From Anthoceros angustus (Eukaryota; Plantae; Anthocerotophyta), in NCBI GenBank assembly GCA_010909165.1, contig MU008159.1, positions 1,426,001-1,490,000 on the forward strand: a DNA stretch of 64,000 bases, written 5' to 3'. The notes under the pieces are model-generated. The model did not search any database, had not been told where the DNA came from, and saw nothing but the letters and a program-made list of their open reading frames with translations. Shown here one piece after another: positions 13,670-27,280 of this stretch (within the stretch, counting starts at the first letter, position 1; each line of letters opens with the position of its first letter). A program made the translations under genes and the position numbers.

Positions 13670-16035
13670 ACATACCGACTACATTGCCACTACCAAATTG
13701 GAGAATTGATGGAGCGGTTGGCGGTAAGCCACTAGACGACGCCATTGCCGTGTTGTGCCGCATGGGCGTGGTGGAGTGTACATGGCCGTGAGCGGTTATG
13801 CGATGGAGGTTGGGTGGAGAATGAGGAGTTGATGCGACGTGGTGATATGTAGGACGTGAGCTCTAAGTGATGTGTGCATGACTCAGGGAAGAAGGGAAGG
13901 GAAAGCTGGTGGAAGGTGAAGGCCATGTCGAAGGAAGGCATGATACTAGTGGAGAGAAGGAAGATGGAGGAAAGGTGGCAAGCAGGCGTCACCGTCAAGT
14001 GATGTTGGAGGCAACGTAGATGGTGGGGAACTGGATGTGGAGCGGAGCGCTGAGAGATGGTGGGGAACTGGATGTGGGAGCGGAGCACTGGAGAGATGGT
14101 GGGGAACTGGATGGATGAGAGAATGCGGAGCGCATGCAATGCAACTGGAAAACAACCGTGGCGGTGGGCCGTTTGTGGAGGAATGTGAATGTTCGAGCCA
14201 TTTTGCGAGCCGGAGTCGCCAAGACGTGGTGGACGGTGATGGTCAATCAACAAAGATGGAATTGGTATTCCCACCTTTATAGCCTAGCATTTACAGGGTC
14301 CTTCGCCGTGAAAGTGGTGATTGAGGCACCGGATAGGTCTAGGAAGTTGTGGAGGAACCCCGAAAACAATGGTGTTGGTCGAAGAGTCACCAAGTGACGC
14401 CGCAAGACGCATATGGCCATATCACTTGGAAGACGACATACCGACTACATTGCTACCACCGAAATTGGAGAATTGATGGAGCGGTTGGCGGTAAGCCACT
14501 AGACGACGCCATTGCCGTGTTGTGCAGCCGCATGGGCGTGGTGGAGTGTACATGGCCGTGAGCGGTTATGCGATGGAGGTTGGGTGGAGAATGAGGAGTT
14601 GGTGCGACGTGGTGATATGTAGGACGTGAGCTCTAAGTGATGTGTGTGCATGACTCGGGGAAGAAGGGAAGGGAAAGCTGGTGGAAGGTGAAGGCCATGT
14701 CGAAGGAAGGCATGATACTAGTGGAGAGAAGGAAGATGGAGGAAAGGTGGCAAGCAGGCGTCACCGTCAAGTGATGTTGAGGCAACGTAGATGGTGGGGA
14801 ACTGGATGGATGAGAGATGGTGGGGAACTGGATGTGGGAGCGGAGCACTGGAGATGGTGGGGAACGGATGTGGGAGCGGAGCACTGGAGAGATGGTGGGG
14901 AACTGGATGAGAGAATGCGGAGCGCATGCCGACGTAACTGGAAAACAACCGTGGTGGGCCGTTTGTGGAGGGGAATGTGAATGTTCGAGCCATTTTGCGA
15001 GCCGGAGTCGCCAAGATGCGTGGTGGACCGGTGATGGTCAATCGCAACAGATGGAATTGGTATTCCCACCTTTATAGCCTAGCATTTACTGGGGTCCTTC
15101 CGTGAAAGTGGTGATTGAGGCACCGGATAGGTCTAGGAAGTTGTGGAGGAACCCCGAAAACAATGGTGTTGGTCGAAGAGTCACCAAGTGACGCCGCAAG
15201 ACGCATATGGCCATATCACTTGGAAGACGACATACCGACTACATTGCCACTACCTGAAATTGGAGAATTGATGGAGCAGTTGGCCGGTAAGCCACTAGAC
15301 GACGTCATTGCCGTGTTGTGCAGGCTGCATGGGCGTGGTGGAGTGTACATGGCCGTGAGCTGGTTATGCGATGGAGGTTGGGTGGAGAATGAGGAGTTGA
15401 CTCGTTGGTGCGACGTGGTGATATGTAGGACGTGAGCTCTAAGTGATGTGTGTGCATGACTCCAGGGAAGAAGGGGAAGGGAAAGCTGGTGGAAGGTGAA
15501 GGCCATGTCGAAGGAAGGCATGATACTAGTGGAGAGAAGGAAGATGGAGGAAAGGTGGCAAGCAGGCGTCACCGTCAAGTGATGTTGAGGCAACGTAGAT
15601 GGTGGGGAACGGATGTGGAGATGGTGGGGAACTGGATGTGGGAGCGGAGCACTGGAGATGGTGGGGAACGGATGTGGGAGCGGAGCACTGGAGAGATGGT
15701 GGGGAACTGGATGAGAGAATGCGGAGCGCATGCCGACGTAACTGGAAAACAACCGTGGTGGGCCGTTTGTGGAGGGGAATGTGAATGTTCGAGCCATTTT
15801 GCGAGCCGGAGTCGCCAAGATGCGTGGACCGGTGATGGTCAATCGCAACAGATGGAATTGGTATTCCCACCTTTATAGCCTAGCATTTACAGGGGTCCTT
15901 CGCCGTGAAAGTGGTGATTGAGGCCGCTGGATAGGTCTAGGAAGTTGTGGAGGAACCCTGAAAACAATGGTGTTGGTCTGAAGAGTCACCAAGTGACGTC
16001 GCAAGACGCATATGGCCATATCACTTGGAAGACGT
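13670..16035. repeat. Tandem array of three ~770-800-bp units, with partial copies from ~11890 and ~12855
   Basis: The anchor cataccgactacattgc occurs at ~11889, ~12856, ~13672, ~14437 and ~15231. Units carry internal gatggtggggaactggatgtgggagcggagc subrepeats. Confidence 0.85.
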
Positions 16036-16409
16036 ACATGTTTGTAGATAAAGCCAATTGCATCAGTGGCAACAAAGCCACTGATGCTGAAAGGGATAGA
16101 GGACGCTTGAACTGTCCAAAAATTCCAATTAATTTGTCAATAAAATCAAACACTTATATATGCAAGGTATGAGAGTGACGTAAGGGTTAGCACATACATA
16201 TTACTATATAAACAAGTCTTGACGCCTATATATACATGTATATACATACAAAGGAGGCATATAAGTACACTAATATAATATAAGTATAACAGATGGATGT
16301 GTACATATATGTACACATACTTACACATACTTATGTCTTGAAGCCTATATACATATATATGTATACAAAGGATATGCAAAGGAGGTAAAATAGGAAGGGA
16401 AGGACAGCC

Positions 16410-17780
16410 CCGAGAGAGAGGTCCTTGTTACAATCATGTTGCAAGAGGAAGAGGAAGAGTATAAAATGGTTGTGATAGGGGAGGTCCTTCTCACCATGAT
16501 GGAGGAGGAGAAGTGAAAGAGTATAAAAAGGGTGTGATAAGGGGAGCAATAACTAGCAGGGTGAGGTGAGAGGAGAGAGACCAAGCATTGTGTTAAGATG
16601 GGGTGAGAAGGTGGATAAGAAATTGACACCGAACACCAAGCCACCAAAGAGTGTTGCAATTTTGAAGTGGTACATGAAGTGAGAGACCAAGCATTGTGTT
16701 AGGATGGTGGGAGAAGGAAGAGAAAAATGGACCAACTTAACACCAAGCCATCAAAACATGTTGCAAGTTGGAAGTGTTACATAAAATTGCAACACGATCG
16801 TAATAAGGCGGTGGGGAAATTATTAACAATGCTTGTGAGAGAGGGGTGTACCGGAAGGGTGAGGTGGGAGAGAGAGGTCCTTGTTACAATCATGTTGCAA
16901 GAGGAAGAGGAAGAGTATAAAATGGTTGTGATAGGGGAGGTCCTTCTCACATGATGGAGGAGGAGAAGTGAAAGAGTATAAAAGGGTGTGATAAGGGGAG
17001 CAATAACTAGCAGGGTGAGGTGAGAGGAGAGAGACCAAGCATTGTGTTAAGATGGGGTGAGAAGGTGGATAAGAAATTGACACCGAACACCAAGCCACCA
17101 AAGAGTGTTGCAATTTTGAAGTGGTACATGAAGTGAGAGACCAAGCATTGTGTTAGGATGGTGGGAGAAGGAAGAGAAAAATGGACCAACTTAACACCAA
17201 GCCATCAAAACATGTTGCAAGTTGGAAGTGTTACATAAAATTGCAACACGATCGTAATAAGGCGGTGGGAAATTATTAACAATGCTTGTGAGAGAGGGGT
17301 GTACCGGAAGGGTGAGGTGGGAGAGAGAGGTCCTTGTTACAATCATGTTGCAAGAGGAAGAGGAAGAGTATAAAATGGTTGTGATAGGGGAGGTCCTTCT
17401 CACATGATGGAGGAGGAGAAGTGAAAGAGTATAAAAGGGTGTGATAAGGGGAGCAATAACTAGCAGGGTGAGGTGAGAGGAGAGAGACCAAGCATTGTGT
17501 TAAGATGGGGTGAGAAGGTGGATAAGAAATTGACACCGAACACCAAGCCACCAAAGAGTGTTGCAATTTTGAAGTGGTACATGAAGTGAGAGACCAAGCA
17601 TTGTGTTAGGATGGTGGGAGAAGGAAGAGAAAAATGGACCAACTTAACACCAAGCCATCAAAACATGTTGCAAGTTGGAAGTGTTACATAAAATTGCAAC
17701 ACGATCGTAATAAGGGTGAGGTGGGAAATTATTAACAATGCTTGTGAGAGAGGGGTGTACCGGAAGGGTGAGGTGGGAAG
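16410..17780. repeat. Three near-identical ~454-bp tandem units
   Basis: Identical shadow ORFs at 16553, 17007 and 17460 (periods 454 and 453). The anchor gagagaggtccttgttacaatcatg recurs at the same period. Confidence 0.92.
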
Positions 17781-17931
17781 AGAGAGTGCAGTTCGTGTTA
17801 AGATGGTCGCACCAAACGGGATGTAACTAACAAACTTAATACCAAGCCTCCAAAACATGTTGCAATGTGGAAGTGTAACAAAAAATTGCAACATCGACTG
17901 TAACATAGGGTGCCCTTTTCTAGTAGGGACT

Positions 17932-18639
17932 AGAAGGAGATTGCTGTCATTGTGGAGAATAACATCGTGCTAGCGCTAGAGCGTCCTTGGAAGTGGTTTT
18001 CACGTGCAGAAGTGGATCATACAGCCCGACCACTTCAAGTGCCGGATGAAGCTTTGCTGGATGAGGCATTATTGAGGGACCTCCCACAAAGTGATATGTA
18101 CTTGGGGGCATATCAAAATGCGGGAGGGCAATAGCGGGAATGGCTCGGATGAATGGGGACATAACATCCGGAAGGGGATGTTTCTGGCAGTGCCGTGCAC
18201 TACGGACATGCATAACAGGCCATTCTGGATTGAGGAGGTCCTTGACGCGAAGCTAGATGCATCAAGACCTCACTTTCTTATCCACTAGTATCGGACCGAG
18301 CACACAGATGCGTGCGAAGGGAGATATGTGCAGGAATGCATAGTCCGTCTGAGTGCTAACCTATCTGGTCTGATGCCGAGGAAAAAAGGGAATAAGGTCC
18401 ATTACCCAAAAAACATACAGGAGGTGTTTGTGAATGAATTAGTCATCTTGTATTATGGGTTTGTGTTGAACGCACGGAAACATTTGTATGCGGTGGACAA
18501 AAAAGCGATCAGGGATAAGCTTTGCGAGTTGCGTGGCTTCATACAACCTGCGAGTCAAAGTGCCGCTGAGGATAGTGATGACAATGCTGGAGAAGTTGGA
18601 CCAAGTGATGAAGAAGGATTGAACTCTGGGGATGAGTGA
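17932..18639 (+). pseudogene. Degenerate C-terminal part of a transposon-type protein (PFWIEEV...HxYRT...LYYGFVL, acidic tail)
   Basis: ORF pieces 17952..18134, 18091..18288 and 18328..18639 join across one shift and an in-frame TAG (W-to-stop type). Family assignment is by recollection of similar TE proteins only. Confidence 0.3.
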
Positions 18640-19067
18640 AACTCAAATCACGGATTGTCCTGGGGTCCCAGAGTGAATGTTGTACGTCCGGTTCCAGATG
18701 TTACCATGTTTTGGAGATACCCTGTCCGTGACTTTTGTTATATCCTTACTAAACCACATTTTCCTTCCGGAACCGAATTTACGGTAGTCTCTTCCTGGCA
18801 GAAATAGCCTTCCTTACAGGTCCCACTTTGCATTAATCCCATAGGTTCGAGATTGCGACCACCATTCGACAGAGACATTGCTGGTTGGAAAGTAGTATTT
18901 TTACCGGGTGACACCCTTTTTTTCGAAGATGTTTTTCGGAATTAATAATAAACGTTGTTTTAGGGCCCATCAAAAACCCCCTTCAGAGGTTATTTATGGA
19001 AAACCCCCATCGGGGTTATTCACCCCCTTCAAAAATTATCATGTTGATGTAGTGTGTGTGTGGAAAT

Positions 19068-20659
19068 TGTAAGGGAGGAAGGTCACCTACCGTGGTAGGG
19101 ATTTGGCAACTAACATAAGAATTGCAGGAGAAGTGCTTCTTTTCCTCAACTTTGTGCAGCAACTCAACTAAGAAGCCATGACTAAGCCCACTACAACCAA
19201 AGGCAAGGAGGTAGCCACGAAGGCTAAGATGCCCACTAAGGAAAGCGGGGCAGGCAAAGGCAAGAAGCCTAAGGCACGAAGTCCAGATCCTGAAGGATGG
19301 AAGCTAGATATGCCGCGCAGTTTTTTGGCCCTGGGCAGCAGAAGAGAACATCTAGCTGGAATGGGTGTATGACAGGCATTGGGCATACTCCAACTTGGAA
19401 TTAATTGAAGAATGTTATGTGAACTTGCGCCAGTCAGAGGAGGAGTTAGCTGCCTTGCTTGAAAGGAATGCTTGGACATATCCAAGGTGCTGGACGGTAA
19501 GGAGCATAAGGCAGGTATACGGGAGACTGGATAGCGAGGATGATGGGATCTCTCAAGTAGGTGAAAACTACTAGAATAGAATTTTACTTAAGGTGAACCA
19601 GTAAACTTCAATGTCAGAACTTAAATTCTGACAGTAGGATACATTAAAATAGTGTGTAAGGCAGCGTAGGGGAGGTGCGCCATGGGGAGGTCAGATGTGA
19701 GGCCCTCCCTATAAGAGGAAGGAGTTTTGTGAAGTAAAGTATCGTGTCTTGCGCTCCCGTCCTCCCGAGTCCTTCGCTTAGTGTGCAGGAATTTCGTGCC
19801 GGCTCCAACTTACGCAATGTCTAGTAGAGAGGGAGTACGCGACGGTCGGAGTGCTGGGCGGAGGGCTTGCTCCCTGCAAGTGCCCCTGCCAGCTGCTCCC
19901 CTTGTGAATGGTTGCTTTGTAAATTGCTTTGCTTTGAATGTGTGGCGATGCTCAAGGAACTCTCGGCTTGAGGATAGACGGCAGGGCAAGACTCCCTGGA
20001 GGTTTTCGTTGCTTATTGCAAACCATAGCAACCGGCCCAAGGAAGAACTCGTTGATTCATGAACGGACCCCAGGCAGGTGTGCCGTAAAGGCGAGTCAGA
20101 ATCAATAAGCCCAGCAAGAGGTGTTAGAAAAGGAGATCGTGGAAGGAGAGGAAGTAGGTGAGTAGGAAGGAAGCGAGTGTTGGTGATTGAGAAAGTTGAG
20201 TAGAGGATTAGAGTGTCGGAAAAAGTGGAAGGCCCAAGGCAAAGCCTATAGGACGAATCCCAAATCTGCAGAAAGAAGGCGCTCCCATAGTTGGAGGAGC
20301 TGGACTTAGAGGTGGGGACTAAATCATGGTGTGGGTCAGGGGGTGGTGGACTCCTGGGTGCTTGTGGTGGACTCCTTACCACTGAGGCATGGCCTACAGT
20401 TGTGTTGTATCGTTGTAGGTCAGGAGTTGGTGAATTTTCGGAGCAATGCAAGTGGTGCAACTGCTCTAGAGGGAAAGTTAGAGGGCGTCTTGCTTGTTGA
20501 GGGGCTGATGTTGTGAGTAGGTGTAGGCAATAATTGATCTCTCAAGGTCCGGTAGTTCACGCAAGTCTCATGGGACGAAACCCAACGTGCTAAGCGATAG
20601 TGGGATAAGTGTGACCACTAGAGGGTGAATCTCAGAAGCCCCAGGATTTTCCTCCCACA
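19068..20659. mobile_element. 1.6-kb internally deleted relative of the 1369-8375 element, TG...CA bounded
   Basis: Starts TGTAAGGGAGGAA and ends TTTTCCTCCCACA (short imperfect inverted ends). Blocks 19300-19520 match 2370-2590, and 19555-20655 match 7380-8375 (shared caagtctcatgggacgaaacccaac). Putative TSD GAAAT/ACAAT matches only 3/5. Confidence 0.6.
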
Positions 20660-20667
20660 ACAATGCC

Positions 20668-20870
20668 TGCATGAACCTTGGCCAAAGCTCGACATGCTAT
20701 GCATAACCTTGGCCAAAGCTCGACATGCTATGCATGAACCTTGGCCAAAGCTCGACATGCTATGCATGAACCTTGGCCAAAGCTCGACATGCTATACATG
20801 AACCTTGGCCAAAGCTCGATATGCTATGCATGGACCTTGGCGAAAGCTCGACATGCTATGCATAAACCTG
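20668..20870. repeat. 32-bp minisatellite, ~6 copies (atgcatgaaccttggccaaagctcgacatgct)
   Basis: The gcc anchor occurs at 20681, 20712, 20744, 20776, 20808 and 20840. No unique spacers. Confidence 0.92.
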
Positions 20871-21753
20871 GAACCCGTCGTGGAGGAGCGGCTGCTTCGC
20901 ATGCTATCGGAGCCCTCCAATTTTTTCTTCAAAGGGTTTCATTCCATCAACAAGGCCAAAGTGTGAAGATTGCCGTGGCCGGCATGCTCCACCGTGGTAG
21001 GTGGAGGAATGTGGCTGCTCCGCTCCGGAAAGAATTTCCGCAAATCCTCCTCCTCCAAGCTTGGAAAAGTGGTCTCATAGGGCAAAGCTTCCGCCATAAC
21101 CCAACACGCAATAGCCTAAGATCCCTGGACCTAGAATGAAAATGGGCGTCACGGACGCATCCTGATCCGCCCCAACGACACACACTTCTCCAGGGGACGA
21201 AAGCGACCGCAGCGCACTAAGCTGACGTCTGACAGCTTCCGAATTCCACTGCAGTGCAGAATTCGTCGCGGCCTTTGACGGGTCGGACAAGTTTACTCCC
21301 AGGAAACCGGAGCAGAGTACAGGGCAGCAGGGAAACCCTGCTGCCCGGGATGGCCGAGGCTGGACAAGAGCATATGGCATATGCGAGGCACGCGGGCATA
21401 TCCACAAAACATATCCAGAAAATGCATACTTCCACAAAACCTAAAAGAACAACCAAATCAAACTCTGTACCCTGGATGGCACTGGAGCAAGTTCCCGACA
21501 TACAACTCCGGGGGGGGGTGGGACCCTGCCTGCACCTAGAGTCCGGCCCATATCATACATTTGTGCTCCAAATTCCCCTGGTCATGAATACGCGATCTTG
21601 CTCCTCTCATGATACAAAGCAAACCTCTGCTTGGATATTTGTGGAGCACACCTCTCCGTCCCAAGACTCTCCCACAGAGAAAAGCTTTCCACCGGCATGG
21701 TCTAGAACGTTCGCAAGATTGTCCCAGAGTGCAGAGCTTTCCACAGGCATGGT

Positions 21754-23106
<1,353 letters not shown>

Positions 23107-23530
23107 GATTGAAGTGGTTGAAGCTCTATAACTGCAGTGCTCCACTTCTCCAAGCAAGTGAAGATTGCTGTGAACACTTAGAATGAGTGATGGATGTAAG
23201 ATATGCCGTTTGAGAACTTAGAGCAAGATGACACTGGAAACTTCCGGCAAGAAGAACCAGTTGTGGATGGGATAGGGACGTCAAGTCAAGATGCGGTAGT
23301 TTCGGCGTACTATCAAAGTTGATAGCGGTTAGAGACAATTTGTTGTTTTGGACAACGCATATACAATTTCCACTGACAAGGAACACATTGTTAAATTTTT
23401 CATCATTCTTGAATAAGTAGATAACAATATGAATTTTATTTCCCAACCACAAAACTTTAATACATATTTTATACTAATTAAAGTGTAATCAACGAATAAA
23501 ATTAGTTAAAACTAGGAGCCTGAGGAGCTG

Positions 23531-25045
23531 TTGGAGACATGGTCCTCAACCAACCTGCGCCACTCCCTTGAGGAGGAAGAGTTGCTACGCCTCCGTAACC
23601 GTCACCGCGACTGGGTGAGAGAGTGTGCCATGGCCAAAAGGACCGTTTGTGCTTGGGCACAAGAGTTCGCAGCCCTCAGCCTGGAAGTGGCGCAGGTAGC
23701 CCACGGCGCCGTGAACGCAAATGGCGCCGATTCAGCTGACATACCACTGCAACCGATCAGACGCAGCAGACATCACCGTGTAAGAGGCCGATCAGGTAAG
23801 GCATGCTCCTCCTCCTCCGCTACTCGATATGACCGGCGTGAATCTTCGCCGAGTAGGGCTAATTTCCTCAGGCGGGGGAGCTCGCAGGTAGAGGCTGGAT
23901 CTGAGTGTGGCGCCTTGTATGAACTCTTCAAGGAACATGGCGAGGGGAAGGGTGTGTTCCCCCAGTTCACTATGCAGTATGCAACAAGGCATGCGGGGGG
24001 TTCTCTGGCAGAGGCGGAGACGGTGGACACCGGTGGGCTGACTCGACACTGCATCGACGAGGCATGGCGACAATTTTGGCAAAACCCTTTCTTCCTCAAT
24101 TGCGTGTTCGAGGCGAGGGACAGTCCCGAGGGCTCGGGGACACATTACCACATCAAAAAGGGCAAGCCGCTCTCGCGGATGAGTGAAGCTGTGGTGAGGC
24201 GCGTGCGTGTGAAATGCTGATGCCCGCCTTGTGCACAAAACTGTGATTCTAACCTACAGGCCTTGGCTGGTAGGCACGGTTCTTTGGCTAACTTGTGTAC
24301 ATGGTGCTCGCGACAGGTGTGCAAGTGTCATGCCCAATGACCATAGCCACTATTGCACATGCCCTTGGGAGCTAGGTAGACGGTGTGCACAAGCTGTGTG
24401 GCAAGATGCGCCGGGATCAATGTTCATGAAGAAATCGTTCAAGGCAGACATGAAAGCCTGCTACCCAAAGTTGATGGCTGTCTTATCTGTGCTAAAGAAG
24501 GCAGCGTGGGGGAGTGCAGACCGTCAACATGCGGCAATCAAGGAGGCGGTTGCTCATCACCGCTGGGGACCCCGAGTTTTTCCGGCACTTTGCACGCCTT
24601 CGGCCGGGACCGCAGCAAGGCATGGAGGTGAGCATGGTGCAGGAAAGGCTAACCGAGGAGGGCTTGGATATTGGAGGGCTTGTTGGGGACGGGTTTAGGT
24701 GAGCTTTTTTTTCTCAGGCGCTCAAGGGTGCAAGGTGGATGACTTCATCCACACCAAATGTTTGAGGCCTGCTCGATGGAGCTGAGGAGCATGTTTGTGG
24801 CGATGGTGCGAAGGCTATCTTTTGCCGAGAGAGCAAAACTGTACATCTTCATAATCGATCGCGTGTTTTTTGGCAACGGGGCGCAAATTGTGGTGTTTGA
24901 TGTGCCCTTGATGACCGAAGGGCAGTTCCCCACGGCAATGACATGCAGCAGGACATTGCTTCTTCCCTTGTATGACTCCGAAGACACTATGTGCGCGAGA
25001 GTGCTGACGGCCATATCTCACAACACGGTGTATGGCATGGCCTAG
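23531..25045 (+). CDS. Stand-alone divergent HECT-domain E3 ubiquitin ligase-like gene (spliced, with frameshifts)
   Basis: N-lobe DTGGLTRHCIDEAWRQF (cf. DxGGLxREFF), then LVGTVLWLTCVHG and DMKACYPKLMAVL. C-lobe FPTAMTCSRTLLLPLYDSEDTMCARVLTAISHNTVYGMA-stop (cf. LPxAHTCFNxLxLPxYxSxExLxxKLxxAI...FG). Putative catalytic Cys codon TGC at 24944-24946. The start codon and exon limits are uncertain. Confidence 0.7.
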
Positions 25046-25399
25046 CCTAGTTTCCGGAACAATTGTAGGGAGGTGGCAGTTTGGGTGTGGGATGGGTGAT
25101 GTGAATTTGGGTGTGTGTCGTGATTCTTGAACTTTCATTTTGCGAAATGCACTGCCGTGGGGCAAATGACTGGAGACACGATTTCCGTGATCATATTTGT
25201 TTGAATGCTCCATTCATGGGAGGGCATGTTGGGGCAGAGGTGCTCGATTGGGCACAGTCCACGAAAGCCGACTTCATGCCTCCCTCTGTTGGGGCGGCAA
25301 CGACTTCTTCACCGGCTTAATGTCCGCGTAAGGAGCAATCAAGACGCTGGGAGGGGAGCCCGGACAATGGCGCAACGGATTCCATTTAACAAAGGCATG

Positions 25400-27280
25400 C
25401 GATGATGGGCCCAGCCGTATGACAGCAATAGGGGAAGACAATCCGCGGCAAAAGCTCAAGTGAGGGCGCGACAGCGTAGTGGCGAGACTCCATCGACAGG
25501 GGAGCGGGAGGTTTGTGGAAAGGCTAGTAGCATGGCCGGGGCATCGTTGACCAGCACCCCTCCGTTCCCAATGATGCCAGAGGGGGACACCTCGGATGTG
25601 GATGAATTCCTGAGGGTAGAGGAGCATGTGCCCGGGAAGAGCTATAGGGTGGTGTCGGTGGGCGAGTAGGGTGAGAGCGGGCCGTGGCCGGGCGGGACGG
25701 GCACGGGGTCAGGGTGGGGGTTACATGCACGGGTGGGGGTTGGGGGATGTAGTCCTTTGGAAGACGTGGGTTTTGACTTGCGTGTGCTTGTGCAGGTGGG
25801 GGGCAACATAGGCAAAGGCATAGGCTCCGGAAGAGTGTGCAATTTGGAAATTTGGGAAAACATTGTATCGTGGAATTCTGGAAAGAGGCGCGATTGTGGT
25901 CAATTTGCGAAGGCATGGGGGGCTCCTCCACAGCATCCCCTATGGTTCACTGAATTTCCTTCGTCACATGCCAATCCGCTGCACATACGGTAGTTGTTGA
26001 CCTAGTCTTATTATTGTCACACATATGGCCGTCATTTGCATATTCCACAAAATGTCGGACATCCGGGCTAAGTTGCATGAGGGAGGTAAGCTCGGGCAAG
26101 GTGGGGAGTAGACAATGCAGGCGCGGCGAGGGCGCGCGACGGGGAGCAAAGGGTGTGAAGAAAATAGCGAGGGCGCGGAACAAGGACACTGATCATGGCG
26201 CACGTCGGTAGTGGACGGACGGGCTTGCATCAAGGTGAGGGCGATGGATGGGATGAGGGCACGGAGTGGATGGGGCACGGGGATGGCGGGGAAGACAACG
26301 GGGTGGAGTGAAGAGGAGGGGAGATGAGGGAGGGACGAGGCGCGGGTGGATGGCGGTGGATGGCGGTGGTGGGCGAGGGCGCTGGATGGAGGGAGGGGCG
26401 GAGCGGGTGGGGGTGAGGGCGTGAGCGGACGGAGGTGGATGGGGCAGGACAAAGGACAGGAAACCAAAGTGACAGAGGTAGAGACGGTCACAAACTCTTC
26501 CGATAGTGAAATAGAGGGCGTACAACGTGGTGTGGGAAGGGGACGGTCGCGGGGTGTCCTTTCAAAGTGGAGACGCTGAGGAACATCGCAGAGGGACGGA
26601 GGAGGGTAGGCCGAACATTGAAAGGGCTCGCCGGTGAACTTGGATGTGTACCGCGGACGTTGAGGAGGTAGTTGGCACGATGTCCGGGATGGTTCATGCC
26701 CACCATGAGGAAAGAGCTGGCAACTTTTGTTTGCATGTGGAACTTGCACAGGGTGAGGAAAATGAGGTCGGGGGACGATGATATAACAGGGCACGTCCCT
26801 GCGGAGGGCTTCTAGGAGGAGGGGCGGCTAGCTGGCCTGGTAGGCCCGCCTGCGTATGGGGTAGACGATGAGGACGACAATGACTACTATGTCCCCGGAC
26901 CATAGTACGCTCGCAACGTTGCAACGGCGGTGCCTCCGCTTCCTTGCATTGCATTGCTGACAGGGGTAAGACAACGGTAGGCCATGATTCTCGTGCTTTT
27001 GCGTACTAACCGTTGCTACTGAGAAAACAAGTTGTCTGCAGGACATGGAAGTGGCGCGAGACATGGCGTACGAGGCAGGCTTGAAGTGCACAAATTACCT
27101 GCCAGACATGTATCGCCTGCATCCAGCGGTGACGGCCGTGTGCATGTATTGCAGGCGACGGGGGCTCCCATTGGAGGAGACGGTGTGGGAGTGGAGTGAA
27201 GAGCAGTGCACAATGTGGACATGGAGAGCCCTAAACCTCTTCAGAACACTTTTCTGTGATGTACATGGCAGGAGGTAATG
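25400..27280 (+). CDS. Unidentified, probably multi-exon coding region, likely degraded
   Basis: Exon-like reads bounded by tgcag acceptors, e.g. ~25797-25990 (CAIWKFGKTLYRGILERGAIVVNLRRHGGLLHSIPYGSLNFLRHMPIRC), ~26510-26670 (YNVVWEGDGRGVSFKVETLRNIAEG) and ~27042-27275 (DMEVARDMAYEAGLKC...VCMYCRRRG). No family recognised. Confidence 0.3.

Larger units (their letters stand above)
8376..17928. mobile_element. Probable CACTA/EnSpm-like DNA transposon body with internal tandem arrays; terminus at 17928
   Basis: The reverse complement of 17900-17928 reads CCCTACTAGAAAAGGGCACCCTATGTTACA, close to the plant CACTA terminus CACTACTAGAAAA. It is backed by many short subterminal motifs (tgttgcaa, gtgttaca, caccaagcc). 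Degraded minus-strand coding text at about 8380-8940. No transposase core recognised. Confidence 0.4.

Noticed and set aside
20668-20870. CRISPR-like array (32-bp repeats)
   Set aside because: Units abut with no unique spacers, there are no cas genes, and the context is eukaryotic. The same applies to the 35-bp (49293) and 47-bp (40678) arrays.
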